Source: Octopus vulgaris | Lineage: Eukaryota | Direction: 5' to 3' | Length of the DNA: 64,000 nt | Assembly (NCBI GenBank): GCA_951406725.2 | Contig: OX597833.1 | Coordinates: forward strand, 61,876,001-61,940,000 | In this document: one piece after another, positions 36,261 through 50,368 of the stretch | Position numbering within the stretch: position 1 is the first letter of the stretch | Layout: the number at the start of each line of letters is the position of its first letter | Program-made: the position numbers and the translations under genes | Notes under the pieces: generated by a model | Told to the model about the DNA's origin: nothing | What the model saw: only the letters and a program-made list of their open reading frames with translations | The model's database searches: none

Positions 36261-37304
36261 TTACAAACGTACACACAGGTAATCACGAGTTTATAATGGT
36301 GTACAGTAGACATTATGTATGTATGTATATATGTATGTATGTATGTATGTATGTGTATGTATGTATGCATCTATGTATGTATGCATGCATCTATGTATGT
36401 ATGCATGCATGCATGTATGTATGTATGTATGTATTATGTATGAATGTATGTATGTATGTATGTATGCATGTATGCATGCATGTATATATGTATGCATGCA
36501 TGTATGTATGTATGTATGAATGTATGTATGTATGTATGTATGTGTGTGTGAGTACATATATATGTGTGATGTGTGTGTGCGTGTGTGTGTATGCATGTAT
36601 CTATGTATTTAGGAAAGCATGCATGCAGCATCGCGTGCATACCCATGAATGACAGCTGTATTAACGTGAACATCCCACTGCTTTAGCTTCGTTACTTTAG
36701 CAACAGTCCGGATACTTATTGATCAGATCTCGTACCGACCCAGCAAAAGCTGAAGTCACACACTTCTAACTGTTGTTACAATATAATATGAACCTGTGTT
36801 GAGCAATCGTCTATTTTTGTAACGGAGAAATAAAATTGTCTCTTGTTCAACTTATTCTCATCTGATTGTTCTTTGTCACAATCTTTCTCTTTGCCGTTAT
36901 AACCCTAAAGTTTCTGCGACTTAAATTAAGGTTTTTGCATCACAAAAGGCCTTTGTTTGACTGAATTAAACCAAGAATGGAAACCAAAGAAAAAGAAAAC
37001 AATATGTTAACGTTTTAGTATTTACAGACTAAACATTGGTGCTGCCATAAATGCAATCCACTCCTTTCCTTGAATGACAAATCTTTGTCAAATAAAATTA
37101 AAAAAAAAAAACTGACTTGCTTTATAAACAATGCCAAGTTTCAGGAAACAAATGGTTGTCTGTAAAAGTGGGAATCTGTGGAAATAAAATCTTTTGAAAA
37201 ATCAACAAATTTGGAGATGTTCTTACGTCGAATAAGGGCGTAAATTGAAACCCGATCGAAAACTAATTTTCGTGCCAACGTGGGACGTTCTATGTTAGTG
37301 GTAA

Positions 37305-37488
37305 CTCTTTTACTCTATTACTTGTTTCAGTCATATTACTTGTTTAGTCGAGCAAATCGACCCCAGGACTTACTTTTTGTATGCCTAGTACTTATTCTAT
37401 CGGTCTCTTTTGTCGAAGCGCTAAGTTACGTGGACATAAACACACCAGCATCGGTTGTCAAGCGATGTTGGGAGGACAAACACAGACA

Positions 37489-37561
<73 letters not shown>

Positions 37562-37745
37562 ACACACATACACATATATATACATATATACGACGGGCTT
37601 CTTTCAGTTTCCGTCTACCAAATCCACTCAGAAGGCTTTGGTCGGCCCGAGGCTATAGTAGAAGACACTTGCCCAAGGTGCCACGCAGTGGGACTGAACC
37701 CGGAACCATATGGTTGGTAAGCAAGCTACTTACCACACAGCCACT
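37305..37745 (-). mobile_element. CORE-type SINE with internal (CA)n
   Basis: Same family as 3335-3996. Confidence 0.9.
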
Positions 37746-38162
37746 TCTCAATCATATATTTTTTAAAAACCAATGGACCCCTTTGATTTCTATTTGACTC
37801 TGCTGGGCCTCCACAGCCATTAGATGTATATACTTTTATACTCAAATACCATTAACAGTTGTATTAAAATAACAAAATCTTATATGGACCCCCAAGAGTC
37901 ATACTAACCCCAGTTGAGAACCACTGTTCTATGTGGCTGCTTTAAGTGTTAGAAATAACAGTCAAATCTCTTTGCTATACTCTACTGTCTGGAGAAAGAA
38001 GCAAGCGTGAATGGTCATACTGAAACTTCCTTGACTACACAACAACAGCAATTTTTTCTGTCCTATGAGGGCCTTGCTCAAAAAGTTAATACTTGCGTTT
38101 CCCGCTAGACTTAGGATTGTTAATGGTTGTGTTTCGTTTTGTTACTGTAGTGTACTTTAGAC

Positions 38163-38461
38163 CAGTGCTTCTCAAACTGTATGGTGCGGTGTACGGGCAG
38201 TTTTTTTTTCCCAATGTGCCAGGGACCGGTAATATTTCTTAGTAATATTAATTCATACCGCATACAATATATATAATGAATATAATAAAAGTGGACAATT
38301 TTATTTTGTAAAACAACTTTATTTATTTTGTAAAACAAATGATACAATATTGCATATGCATTTTATAAGCATTTATAATGTTTCTTTCTTTTCTGGAAAC
38401 TCACTGCATACTGGCTCGCAGACCGGCACCGGTCCGTGGACCTCCACTTTGTGTAGCACTG
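38163..38461. mobile_element. hAT Charlie-type MITE
   Basis: TIRs CAGTGCT...AGCACTG; perfect 8-bp TSD ctttagac (38155-38162 and 38462-38469). Confidence 0.85.
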
Positions 38462-39050
38462 CTTTAGACCATATCAACAGTATTTTTGCCAACACATTAT
38501 TATTACGATTGTAAGAAGTACGTCTGTACCATGTGTGTGCGGACAGAAAAAAGTACATACATACATACATGCATGCATGCATACATACATACATACATGC
38601 ATGCATACATACATACATACATACATACATACATACATACATGCATGCATGCATACATACATACATACATACATACGTACGTACGTACGTACATACATAC
38701 ATACATACATACATACATACATGCATACATACATACATACATACATACATACATACATACATACATGAATGCATGCATGCATGCATACATACACACACAC
38801 ATACATACATACATACATACATACATACATACATACATACATACATACATACATACATACATACATAGTTATGGTATATTCCGTTAGGACCGTGGTAGAG
38901 TACAGTGTAAAGCTCGTCCAGCCTCAGAATTTCCCAGTACTATCCGGTAGTAGTATTATATAGTCCCAAGTTTGGGCATTCGTCGTATGTGAATATAAAA
39001 TTGAAGAAACAGGAGTCAACAAGGAGAACGGCTGCACAGTTATTTTTTTA

Positions 39051-39156
39051 ATCGCTACAATTGTTTCGATGCAACGTAATTCTCCAGCAGTACAGATATT
39101 TGATTGTGCAGCTGTTTGTTTGCATAGTGAAATCTAGTTGTGTTTCCTCAGGCGAT
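39051..39156 (-). ncRNA. Type I hammerhead ribozyme-like motif with decayed stem II
   Basis: ATCGC-CTGAGGA-[long stem II]-GAAA-C-AATT-G-TA-GCGAT: intact core, 5-bp stem I and palindromic stem III. Confidence 0.6.
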
Positions 39157-39321
39157 ATGCGAGTGTTGTCTCCGTTAGTTTAAAATCGTCAACTTCAAGA
39201 CTATCCCCTCCGTCTGTCGTGGTTTGAATTTAGTAGTAGCTGATGGACTCATGGGGTGTGCTGCCAGAGTGCGCCTGGTGGACTGCTATGAATGGTAACA
39301 GATGGCTATTTTGGTACAGGC

Positions 39322-39550
39322 GAGCGAGCTGGCAGAAACGTTAGCACGCTGGGCGAAATGCGTAGCCGTATTTCGTCTGTCGATACGTTCCGAGTTCAAA
39401 TTCCGCCATGGTCGACTTTGGCTTTCATCCTTTCGGGGTCGATAAATTAAGTACCAGTTACACACTGGGATCGATTTAATCGGCCTAATCCCTTTGTTTG
39501 TCCTTGTTTGTCCCCTCTGCGTTTAGCCCCTTGTGGGTAGTAAAGAGATA
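39322..39550 (+). mobile_element. Meta-domain-like tRNA SINE
   Basis: 15-bp TSD tattttggtacaggc (39307-39321 and 39551-39565). Confidence 0.9.
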
Positions 39551-39774
39551 TATTTTGGTACAGGCTGGCATTTGAATGAGATTGGTATTTTATTTGGTTG
39601 TGTCACTGATCTGTTCTTCATGGTTGGCTACACATGTGAATTTCTTTATCATAAAGGTATATCTTAATGCGTCATGACGCTATCGCTAAAACAATATTCA
39701 ATGCCAACTGAAGAAAAAAAAGTTGTTTCGGGGTAACTATAGAGAACCCCCTTCTTAGTGAATGTATATATAAA

Positions 39775-40150
39775 CATCAGCACAAGGAATATTGGTGGAA
39801 TATTCCCATCAAAACTTTTAGCAAGTGCAAACATAACATGTCAGATATAGTTGTTTGGGACAGACAAACAAAAATGTACGTACCGTCATAGAGGTCAGCT
39901 GCTTTGCTGCGGTGAATATCTCTTTGAAAATCAAAGAGAAAGAGGATACCTACGGACAACTGCTTAAAAACCACACAAAAAGTTCATATTTATAATATTT
40001 GGTGTGCTTGGTTTTATTAGTGAAGGCCTGAATGACAAACTGGAAAAGCTAGGGTTTTCAAAAAAAGGAATCAACCAGCTAACTCGCACATTACAAATAC
40101 AATCTGTAAGCAGAACAGTACAAGTATGCAAGACATTTTTCTAGTTCTTT
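39775..40150 (+). mobile_element. R4-like REL endonuclease 3' fragment
   Basis: KEYWWNIPIKTFSKCKHNMSDIVVWDR...IEVSC...KIKEKEDTYGQLL...GVLGFI...VCKTF; related to the 26960 element. Confidence 0.75.
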
Positions 40151-40282
40151 TTGTTATCTACATTCCAGCGACGGAACTTTGTATCTTTCTTAGAAACTAG
40201 CTTCCTTCTCAGAGGGAAATTTCAAATATATATATACAGAGAGGGAGAGAGAGATAAACTTATATATATGTGTGTATGTATG

Positions 40283-40323
<41 letters not shown>

Positions 40324-40338
40324 TTACTTATTTATTTA

Positions 40339-40399
<61 letters not shown>

Positions 40400-40443
40400 G
40401 CAGATACATACAAACATGCATGCGCACACATGTGTATATACAA

Positions 40444-40480
<37 letters not shown>

Positions 40481-41229
40481 CGTGTGTGTGCATGAGCTTG
40501 TGTGTGTGTGTATAGACGCTGTTAATCTGTTGTTATTGTACAAAAGGGAAATGAAAATAAGAAATGTAAAATGGGTGATGTCTGATGGTTCGTGAAGAAA
40601 ACAAACCACCGCCGCCACCACCACCTACAACGTTGATACTGATGATGATAATGATGGTGGTGTTGGTTGTAATGACGATGATGATGATGATGATAACAAT
40701 GTTGACGATGACGATGATGATGATGGTGGTGGTGGTGGTGGTGGTGGTGTATCTGGTGACACTTCAGAATCCAATGACGTAAAACTGAACAAGCCACAAC
40801 ACAACAATAATGTGTCGCCTTTTTTTTTTGTTAAGAAGGAGGAGGACGAGGACCAGGAGGAGGGTCGTTGTGATGATGGTGGTGGCCTCTTTTCTTTATC
40901 ACTGCCCTATATAACCACCACCTTCTCCTGCTCCTCCACAATTCTTCAATGACTCTTTCACGTCCTGAGTGAGAAAAATGAACTTGCATAAATTATGTTA
41001 ATGAATGAATTTTGTATTTGAAAAAAAAAGATAAATAAATACATAATTTTTTTATTTAATGGAGATAAAAATAGTGGATTTTGACCTAAAGTTAGACATT
41101 TTGAAACGAAATTCCTTTATGTCAACCCCAATGCCTAACTGGTACCTTATTTTATCGAACCTTGAAGGTTGAAATGTAAACCCGGTCTCTGTAAGGTTCG
41201 AACATACGAAAAAGGAACTTAAGAAGATG

Positions 41230-41620
41230 TTTTCCAAGAAATCGACCGTAGTCAGGTTGATGGTAACCTTTATGGACAGGCCGAACTCCTTAAATATTTT
41301 TATGAAGTCCTTCCTGAACCTTTCCATGGAGTGGCCGTTCATATGGCTTGAGATAGCTAGGCCGTCGTCCCTATAGAGGGCCGACCTATGTTGGTGGGTA
41401 CGTCTCTTGAGTGTATCCAAGATGTATAACTCGACGAGGTCAGCAATTGCAGCACCGCCAAAGTTCCCCATAGACATGTCGAACAATGAGTCGCCTTCTT
41501 TTTTCCACCCCAAAGGAATCGTTTTGGACCAGGATTGACTTTCTGACATTCATGATAATTCTGATGTCAAGGTCCACTAATGCTGGTGCATTGCTCAGCA
41601 AAAGTTAGGGCCTTCAATAT
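41230..41620 (-). mobile_element. Penelope-like element reverse transcriptase fragment
   Basis: DIRIIMNVRKSIL..WKKEGDSLFDMSMGNFGGAAIADLVELYIL...LYRDDGLA...IKIFKEFGLSIKV..NLTTVDFL (YRDDGL-type PLE RT). Confidence 0.8.
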
Positions 41621-42108
41621 ACACATGCACGCAAAACTATATGAGCGCGTCTACAGACCCACATATAGAATTATATACTTTGCACATCCAGCCCCTTCGT
41701 ACTCCCCTCTCCTCCGACAACCTGATCGATTTCTAATCGCCTCGTGGTCTATTTCTTGTCCGCCACGTGGTCAATTTCTTGTTCACCATGCGGTATTTTC
41801 CAGTTAATTGTAACCCATATACCAACATCAAACCACGACACCGCGAGACCTTCCTCGACCAATCGCAGCCCACCTTATGGTAATAACAATTAACTTCTGT
41901 CATTCAAATTCAAAATGGCTGACGACTAGCATCACCCTTGAGGCTCAAGAGTACCAACGAATTTGAATCGAACTATTTTGATCCATATATATATTGGCCT
42001 GCTCGTTTAGCCAGCGGGGTGGCGTCATTTGAAGGCTAAAACAATGTGAAGCGCATTATGACCAGCGGTGTGTAACAACATCTGATAGCCTAGTCACGGT
42101 CACGTATG

Positions 42109-42183
<75 letters not shown>

Positions 42184-44047
42184 ATGTATATACACACACA
42201 CATACACACGCGTGTATGTGCTAGCATATTTACGCCTTACTGTAAACCCTCATATCCTTATCGTCTGTTTGTGTTTTTCATCTTTGTTTATGTAATTATT
42301 ACGTGAGGTCTTCATATCATATATTTTAATGATGGGTGGGATAAGACGTTCAAAGGAAGAATAAAAAGAATGGGAGAAAAATAAGTTTTGAACGAGGGCA
42401 GGAGAGAGAATGATTACTATAAGTAGGTCATGTATTATTTGTGAAAATGAAAGAAATATACGAAAGAATAACATAATATAAATATTATGAAAACGTTAAT
42501 AACATGGTTGAAGTTGGTCAGTTTGTGTATGGTCGTCTGCTGCGGAAGAGAGAAAATCTGACGGTTTGGAACGACTTTTTTGACTGAAAGAAAGAGAACA
42601 TGTATTTTTTCAAAACTTTCAGACAAGGCTAATCCTAAACCTTCAGACTTTTTTTTTCTGCGACCCATAGCATAAATATTTCTCCATTTTGACGGCAATT
42701 TTTCCAATTTTGTTTACACTGCACCCTTGCAAATGTGGGGGGGGACGCTTTTTATGAAAAAATTTGTTTGAAAATTTATGAATCCCCCTCCCACATCCAC
42801 CTTCTTAAAGATCTATTTTCTCCAATTTTTTTTTTGCACTTAAAAACAATGGGAGACATCTTTTCGGTAAAAAAAAAAAATTTGACAATTTATGAATTTT
42901 TCCAAACTCCCCTCCTCTACTCTATACGGGTTTTGGTCAATGATTTTTTGCACTACGCACTTTGAAACGCTAGGAGGAGATTTGAAAATTTTAAAAAATT
43001 TGGAAATCGGTGATCACCATTATAATCCCCACTTCTTTTTTCAAACAGAAAATGAAACGTGATTTAAACACAATGGGGAATAAATTTTTTTTATCATTAA
43101 CTCTGCATCCACACCCATAAATCTTAAAGTTTCGCCCTTTTTTCGAAATTGCTTTAATCATATTTTTAAAATACAGTCAGTCCGAATTTGCAATTTGTTT
43201 CTGCTTATAATTTCAAAATAATTTTCAGAGGAAAAGATATGTGATTTAAGGAAGTTGTTTCAAGTATAGCCAACAACAACCTGGTTATTTTCTCGTTTCT
43301 TACTCTGAGAATTTTATGGTGCTTGAGAAAGTTTACCAAAAGAAAATGAAAGACATAGACAAATAGAAATCTTTTCTGTTGCTGTCAGATATTTTGAAAT
43401 TTTAAAATTAAGTGAAAATTTTCAAGTTTGTTATATTGGTGTACTTTTACACGTTGAATCCCTGTTTGTGATTCACTTTTTCCAGAAAAAAAAATTTAGA
43501 AAAATGTCACAGAGGTTTGAAGTTTAATCATTTTTACCCAATAAGAAAATAGGATTTTATGTAATAGCTGTCATAAAATGAAAGCAAACATTTGAAGACG
43601 AGGTTTTAAACAAAGTGAAAATAATACGTGAGTTAATACATTTACAGAGAGAGCGTGAAAGAGTGTAGTAAATATATAGTGTTATAGATAGATTGTTGGT
43701 GACAGATAGAGAATAGGAAAGTTGTTGATATAAAAGGTGAGTTATTTCTTTTTTGCAAATTGAATTCCTTTTATAATTTACGGACAACGTTCTCTTTGGA
43801 ACGCAGATTTTGATAATCAAATGCATTTTTCTCGAGGGCGCACTGTTTTGGAGCCTATCGGGGTTAAACACACATACATAAGCACATACAACCGCATTTG
43901 TTTTATATGTCTGTATGCATGTGTGTGTGTGTATGCATGTATATGCATATGTATATGTATATATCTGTGTGTATGTGTGTAAGTGTATGTGTGTAAGTGT
44001 ATGCGTGTGTGTTTATTTATTTACATATATATATATGTGTGTGTATA

Positions 44048-44095
<48 letters not shown>

Positions 44096-44137
44096 TATAT
44101 ATATATGTAAATGTATGTGTCGATAATATATGTGTCG

Positions 44138-44171
<34 letters not shown>

Positions 44172-44360
44172 ATACTTGCACACATATGTATGTGTGTGTG
44201 TGTGTGTGTGTGTGCGCACGTAATTTATATATAATTAGCGCAACTTCGAAATAGAATATGGAAACGATGTGAGCTATGTTAATTGATTGCGTCTTAAAAA
44301 CATTTTGATACATTCTCATCGAAATTTATGTCCTATATACTTTATATACTATATGCTATA

Positions 44361-44437
<77 letters not shown>

Positions 44438-44871
44438 ACATACAAACACATACACACACAAAGTCACGTATACATATATACATACACATGTATATATATA
44501 TTATATATTCACATGAATAATTTATAAATATAGTGAGTATAATTAGAGACATTGGAGAGGATCGTTCATGAAATTATTTACGATGTAACGAGAGCCAAAC
44601 TTTATATTAATGGCGGTGAGGTTGATGGTTGTGGGGGGATGGAGGCGTATCAGTGGTGGTGGTCATGGTGGTGGTCGTGGTCATGGTGATTGTGGTGGCA
44701 GTGGTGGTGGAGGTGGTCGTGGTCGGGGTCGGGGTGATGGTGGTGATGGTGGCGGGCATAGGAAAAGGGTTTCTTAAATTTCTAGGCGAATGTCATGGTT
44801 GGGTAAATTGTTAATCACAGTTATTTAAACTTGAAAATTCGGCTACGATCTTATTTCTGATGTAAGTACAG

Positions 44872-44931
<60 letters not shown>

Positions 44932-45147
44932 TTGCTCAGTCGCCTGAAGATCAAGTCTGTGAAGATGTCTAATAAAGCCAAGATATATCGCCAGTTGTAC
45001 TTATATATATTGACGACCAAACTCACTCCGCTCTACATTGTTCATCATTTTGAATTTTTTATCAATTTAAATTTGTGAGTTATTTCCCTTGCATTTGTTT
45101 GTTTATTTATTTGTTGTTGTAGTTGTTGTTTCTTAATAATTTTTATC

Positions 45148-45310
45148 AGGCGCAGGTATGGTTGTGTGGCTAAGAAGTTCGCTTTATAACCAGGTGCTTT
45201 CAGGTTCAGCTCCACTGAGCGACACCTTGGGTGAGTGTCTCCTAACTATAGCCCCGGGCGACCAGAGCCTTGTGAGTGAATTTAGTAGACAGAAACTGTG
45301 TGAAAGCCTG

Positions 45311-45381
<71 letters not shown>

Positions 45382-45491
45382 CATATATATATACATACAT
45401 ATATATATATATACATATATATATATGTGTGTGTGTATGTATGTATATATATATATATATATATAATATATATATATGTGTATGTATGTAT

Positions 45492-45527
<36 letters not shown>

Positions 45528-45604
45528 GTACATATATACACATATATATATACATATATATATATGCATATATACATATATACATTTATATATATATACA
45601 TACA

Positions 45605-45640
<36 letters not shown>

Positions 45641-45680
45641 TATATATATGTATGTATGTATGTATGTATATATAAGTAAC
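45148..45680 (+). mobile_element. CORE-type SINE head followed by a ~370-bp (TA)-rich expansion
   Basis: Head at 45148-45312, then (TA)n/(TACA)n. Confidence 0.8.
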
Positions 45681-45840
45681 AATAAAGGGTGAAATTAAAT
45701 AATTTGGAATAATTATTAATTACACCAAGTAGATTTCGGCATGTAAAAGCCTCATTCGAGGAAAATTTAAGTAATACTAAGCAATTAAGGGTTTAGCAAC
45801 GAATTGCCTCACCACACACCGAATTTAGAAATGGTTTTGA

Positions 45841-47115
45841 TTGGTCAAAGTATGAGCCATGAAAATCTATGCATCTCTGCCATCGATCAACAAGATTATT
45901 TATGCCTCGTTGATAAAAATTTATTGGCTTTGGTGCTAAGAAATCTTTGAAAGCTGATTCCACCTCTGGTTTGGACCTGAATGTTTTATCACTTAAAAAC
46001 GTGTTTAAATGCTTTTAAAAAACTTTAGTCGGTAGGTGAAAGATCAGGAGAATATGGGAGGATGTGGTAAAGTCTCGTATCTCAAGTCTGTGAGTTTCTA
46101 CAGCGTCATTCTTGCAACATGTGTCTTTGCATTATCGTGGGGCAGAACTGGGCCATGCCAATTCACCAACGCAGGTCTCATTTTTTGCAAGTGAGCATGC
46201 ATTTCAGCGAGTTGATTGTAGTAAACCTCTGTGGTAATGCCCTGATAGGCTTCCAGAAAGCTGTAATGGACAACACCAATTGACGACCACCAGACAGTCA
46301 CCATAATCTTTCGCTGGTGCAACTTTCGTATTGGGAAATGTTTGGGCGACTCGTCACGATCAAGCCATTGACCTGAATGTTTAAAGTTATCATAAAGGAT
46401 CCACTTTTCGTCACAAGTGACTATTCGGTCAAGAAAAGGATCAATTGGTGTTTAGCAGAAAGAACATCAGACACATTTCAAAATGCCGAACTTTTTGATT
46501 TTCATTGAGCTCATGCGGTACCCATTTATCGAGCTTTTTCACCTTACAAATCTTCTGCAGATTGCATGAGACCGTTGCAATACCGACACCAAGTGATTCT
46601 CTTTACTCTTTTACTTGTTTCAGTCATTTGACTGCGGCCATGCTGGAGCACCGCCTTTAATCGAGCAACTCGACCCCGGGACTTATTCTTTTGTAAGCCC
46701 AGTACTTATTTTATAGGTCTCTTTTGCCGAACCGCTAAGTAACGGAAACATAAACACACCAGCATCGGTTGTCAAGCAATGCTAGGGGGACAAACACAGA
46801 CACACAAACACACACACACACACATATACATATATACGACAGGCTTCTTTCAGTTTCCGTCTACCAAATCCACTCACAAGGCTTTGGTCGGCCCGAGGCT
46901 ATAGTAGAAGACACTTGCCCAAGGTGCCACGCAGTGGGACTGAACCAGGAACCATGTGGTTGATGAACAAGCTACTTACCACACAGCCACTCCTGAGACA
47001 TTTCTCTAACACTTTGACGTGGGTTTTGCTCAACAATTGCTATCAATTGTTCATTGTCAAGTCTGCGTTACCATCCTCTACCTTCTCCATCTTCAAGGCT
47101 GTCATCATTCGGACT
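45841..47115 (-). mobile_element. Decayed mariner transposase (Hsmar1/cecropia-like DD34D), split by a SINE at 46598-46995
   Basis: KLDKWVPHEL...IVTCDEKWILYDN...KIMVTVWW...HDNA..H...HPPYSPDLSPTD...RWQRCIDFHGSYFD, with stops and frameshifts. Confidence 0.9.
46598..46995 (-). mobile_element. CORE-type SINE, near full length
   Basis: Same family as 3335-3996. Confidence 0.9.
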
Positions 47116-48054
47116 TTGATGCCGAAGGATTGGGAAACTTTCAGGAAGCGAGCTATCTTTGTATCAATAATTCTATGTTCTAATCCAGTGATTCTCAACC
47201 ATTTTCTGCCTATGAACCCCTTTGATTCCTCTTTTATTCAACTGGAACCCCATGTTAAAACAGAAATCCCATTATAATCTTACAATTAAATATTATTAGG
47301 AACTGTATTTTTTAAAATCAAAATATTCTGTGTATTATAGAAGTATAATCAATTTATTGCACAGGTTTTAACAGCAGGATCTTGTATGGACCCCGTTTGG
47401 GAACCTCTGTCCTAATCCCTTCTTCTAAGGCAGCCAATTGTCAAGGTTTTGCTATCCATCTTCCTTCAGTGAACTTCCTCTCTCCTCTGGGTTTAACCTC
47501 ATCTTATCTAACAATCTACTCTTGTAACGTTTTCTTTTCGTTCCAGTTTTCCAAAGTTGTAATACTTCGTTTTAAAAGTTGTTTTTTTTTTCGTATTTCT
47601 TATTAATCTATTTCTGTATTTCACTCTATTCGTTCTTGATCTTCCTGGTTACGTACACACACACATACGTACATACAGACATACATTCAAACGCACATAA
47701 GCGCACACTCATATACAAAGACGAGTGGGACACACACACACACACACACACATACACACACAACTCTTTTCATACGATTCTTTTATGAAGTCATCGCTCA
47801 GTTCTCAGTACACTCGAACCACTCTTCGCACCTTGGCTTCTTTCCCTACATACATACGTGTGTGTGTGTGTGTGTTTTCATATACATACATACATACACA
47901 CACATATATGTATATATGCGTAAATGCATATCTATCTACATACTAGCTCTCCTTCACTCTCTCTCCAACTCCCTCTCTTCCCTCTCTCTCTCTCTATATA
48001 TATATATATCCTCGCGTTGTTGTTTTTTTCTTGTCTTTTTTCTCCCCTTTTTAC

Positions 48055-48106
<52 letters not shown>

Positions 48107-48138
48107 ATATATATACATATATATGTATATATATATAT

Positions 48139-48182
<44 letters not shown>

Positions 48183-48246
48183 CATAGATATACATATGCA
48201 TATACATATACATATATACACATATATATATACATATATATATATA

Positions 48247-48301
<55 letters not shown>

Positions 48302-49229
48302 TTGCAGACATTAACCTCTTGTAGACAGATATTTCGGCCAGGTACCAACATCACCAGGTCTGGCAGAGAATGCTTGCAACAGTTTTATGTTGAGCACCAT
48401 ATTTGACTAACCTCCTAATTTTTTAAAGGAAACTTTTCTCATCTGTGACGTACATGTAATCCCGGACATATTGGTTTACAGAACATCTGGAGGTGATTCC
48501 TATTGGGATAGGGCGTCAGCCAAAATTCTTACCGGCATTTCGTCCGTCTTTACGTTCTGAGTTCAAATTCTGCCGAGGTCGACTTAGTTTTTCATCCTTT
48601 CGGGGGTCGATAAAATGAGTATCAGTGAAACACTGGAGTCGACGTAATCGACTTAGCCACTTCTCCAAGACTGCTGCTCTTGTGCCAAAATTTGAAACCA
48701 TTTTTATTAAGTAAAACGGCGATCTGGTAAAATCTGGTTGAGCGGCATTTCATCCGGCTCTTTGCGTTCTGAGTTCAGTGTCCACCGAGGTCAACTTTGC
48801 TTATCATCCTCTCAGTTTCGTTAAAATCAATTCCAGTTGAGCATTGAGATCGATGAAATCGCCTATTCCACTTCTCCTAAAATTGCTAGTCTTGTACCAA
48901 AATTTAAAGCCAAGGGCATCAAGCTGGCAGAATCGTTAACGCGTCCGATAAAATGGTTAGCAGCATTTCTTCCAGTTTTTTTACATTCTGCGTTCAAAGT
49001 TCATCACTTTGCCTTTCTTCCTTTTGCGGTCGATAAAATAAGTACCAGATGTGCACTGGAATCGATGTAATCGACTTTCCCCCATTGTCTCTCCATATTT
49101 TCCTCTCATCCATTTCTGTCAATGAGCACAGTGTCTTTTCCATTCTTCCTGAGTGTCAAACAAACACACCCGTTTGTTGTTCCTTCACCTGTCTGCGTCT
49201 TTTGCTTTCTGTAAATTTGAACAATAAAA

Positions 49230-49291
<62 letters not shown>

Positions 49292-49819
49292 CGGGAGGTT
49301 TACGAAAATAAACAAAAGACGAAGGCAGGTGGAGTACAAACAAACAAATGTATTAGTATGGCGCTCAGGAATAGAAATAGAACAAGTCTTTTACGTTTCG
49401 AGCCTACGCTCTTCGGCAGAAAGATACACAGAAAAAAAACAAGGAGAGAAAAAAAATGCGTGTAGGAGCTAATGATCTAACATGGCGTTCTGACTTCGGG
49501 CGACTTCGGGCAGAGGTCAGAGGTCAGACGCTAGAAGAACAGTAGGGGAGATAACAGGGTCAGGTGACTTCCAATATTATCTTTTACATGTTACAGTCAT
49601 TTGACTGCAACCATGCTGGGGTATTGCCTTCAAGGGTTTTTTTTTCCAAAAAATCAACCCCTGGTACTTATTCTATCGATATCTTTTGCCGAAGCGCTAA
49701 GTTTACAGGGAAATAAACACATCAACACCAGTTGCCAAGGGGTGGTGGGAGACAAACGCAGACACAACACAGACACAAAGACATGCAGATATATATATAT
49801 ATACATAAACATAGAATGT

Positions 49820-50182
49820 CACCTGGTGTTTGTGACAGCACAGAAGATCTCCTCAGCAGGATCAATGACTGTAACAATACTTGTGACCTGACAGGATGTG
49901 TGGTGGGTAGCATGGATGTGGTATCCCTGTACCCATCGATCGACGTAGATTTTGCAGTGGAGAAGTGCGTGGAGATGATCAACGAGAGCCAGGTGGAGTT
50001 CCGTTAATGTCAACACAGAGGAACTGGGCCTCCTACTTAGACTGACATGTAACAATGAATACCTAGATAAACATAATCTTAGTAGTTTCTGCCCCAGTAG
50101 ATGTTTAAGAGGTAGACCACCCACAATTACTTCTATGGCTAGGAAGACCCATATAGAAAGATGGCGCGGATGGACCAGAGTC
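49820..50182 (+). mobile_element. Penelope-like element reverse transcriptase fragment
   Basis: CDSTEDLLSRIN...VGSMDVVSLYPSID (PLE RT S.DV.SLY.SI motif), then a frameshift to NVNTEELGLLL...GRPPTITS. Confidence 0.8.
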
Positions 50183-50247
<65 letters not shown>

Positions 50248-50276
50248 CGAAGTGTACAATATTATATATCCATTAT

Positions 50277-50368
50277 GGCTGATCTTACAAATTGGTTTCG
50301 CACTAGAGGTTCAACGGATTGTTAGGTAACCATCCGATTGTGTAACCTTGTGCTCCTCAGAGGTAGCC
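50277..50368 (-). ncRNA. Type I hammerhead ribozyme-like motif, near intact
   Basis: GGCTACCT-CTGAGGA-GCAC..AGGTT..CGGATGGTTA/TAACAATCCG..AACCT..GTGC-GAAA-C-CAATTT-G-TA-AGATCAGCC. Confidence 0.7.

Noticed and set aside
41855-41930. CCAAT plus YY1-like CAAAATGGCTG promoter motifs
   Set aside because: No downstream ORF or splice donor; lies among TE fragments.
42560-43867. AT-rich region ending GGGTTAA (piggyBac-like end)
   Set aside because: No matching left TIR or TTAA end was found, so the boundaries cannot be supported.
45841-46590. SETMAR-like domesticated transposase gene
   Set aside because: Multiple stops and frameshifts plus a SINE insertion; an ordinary dead mariner.
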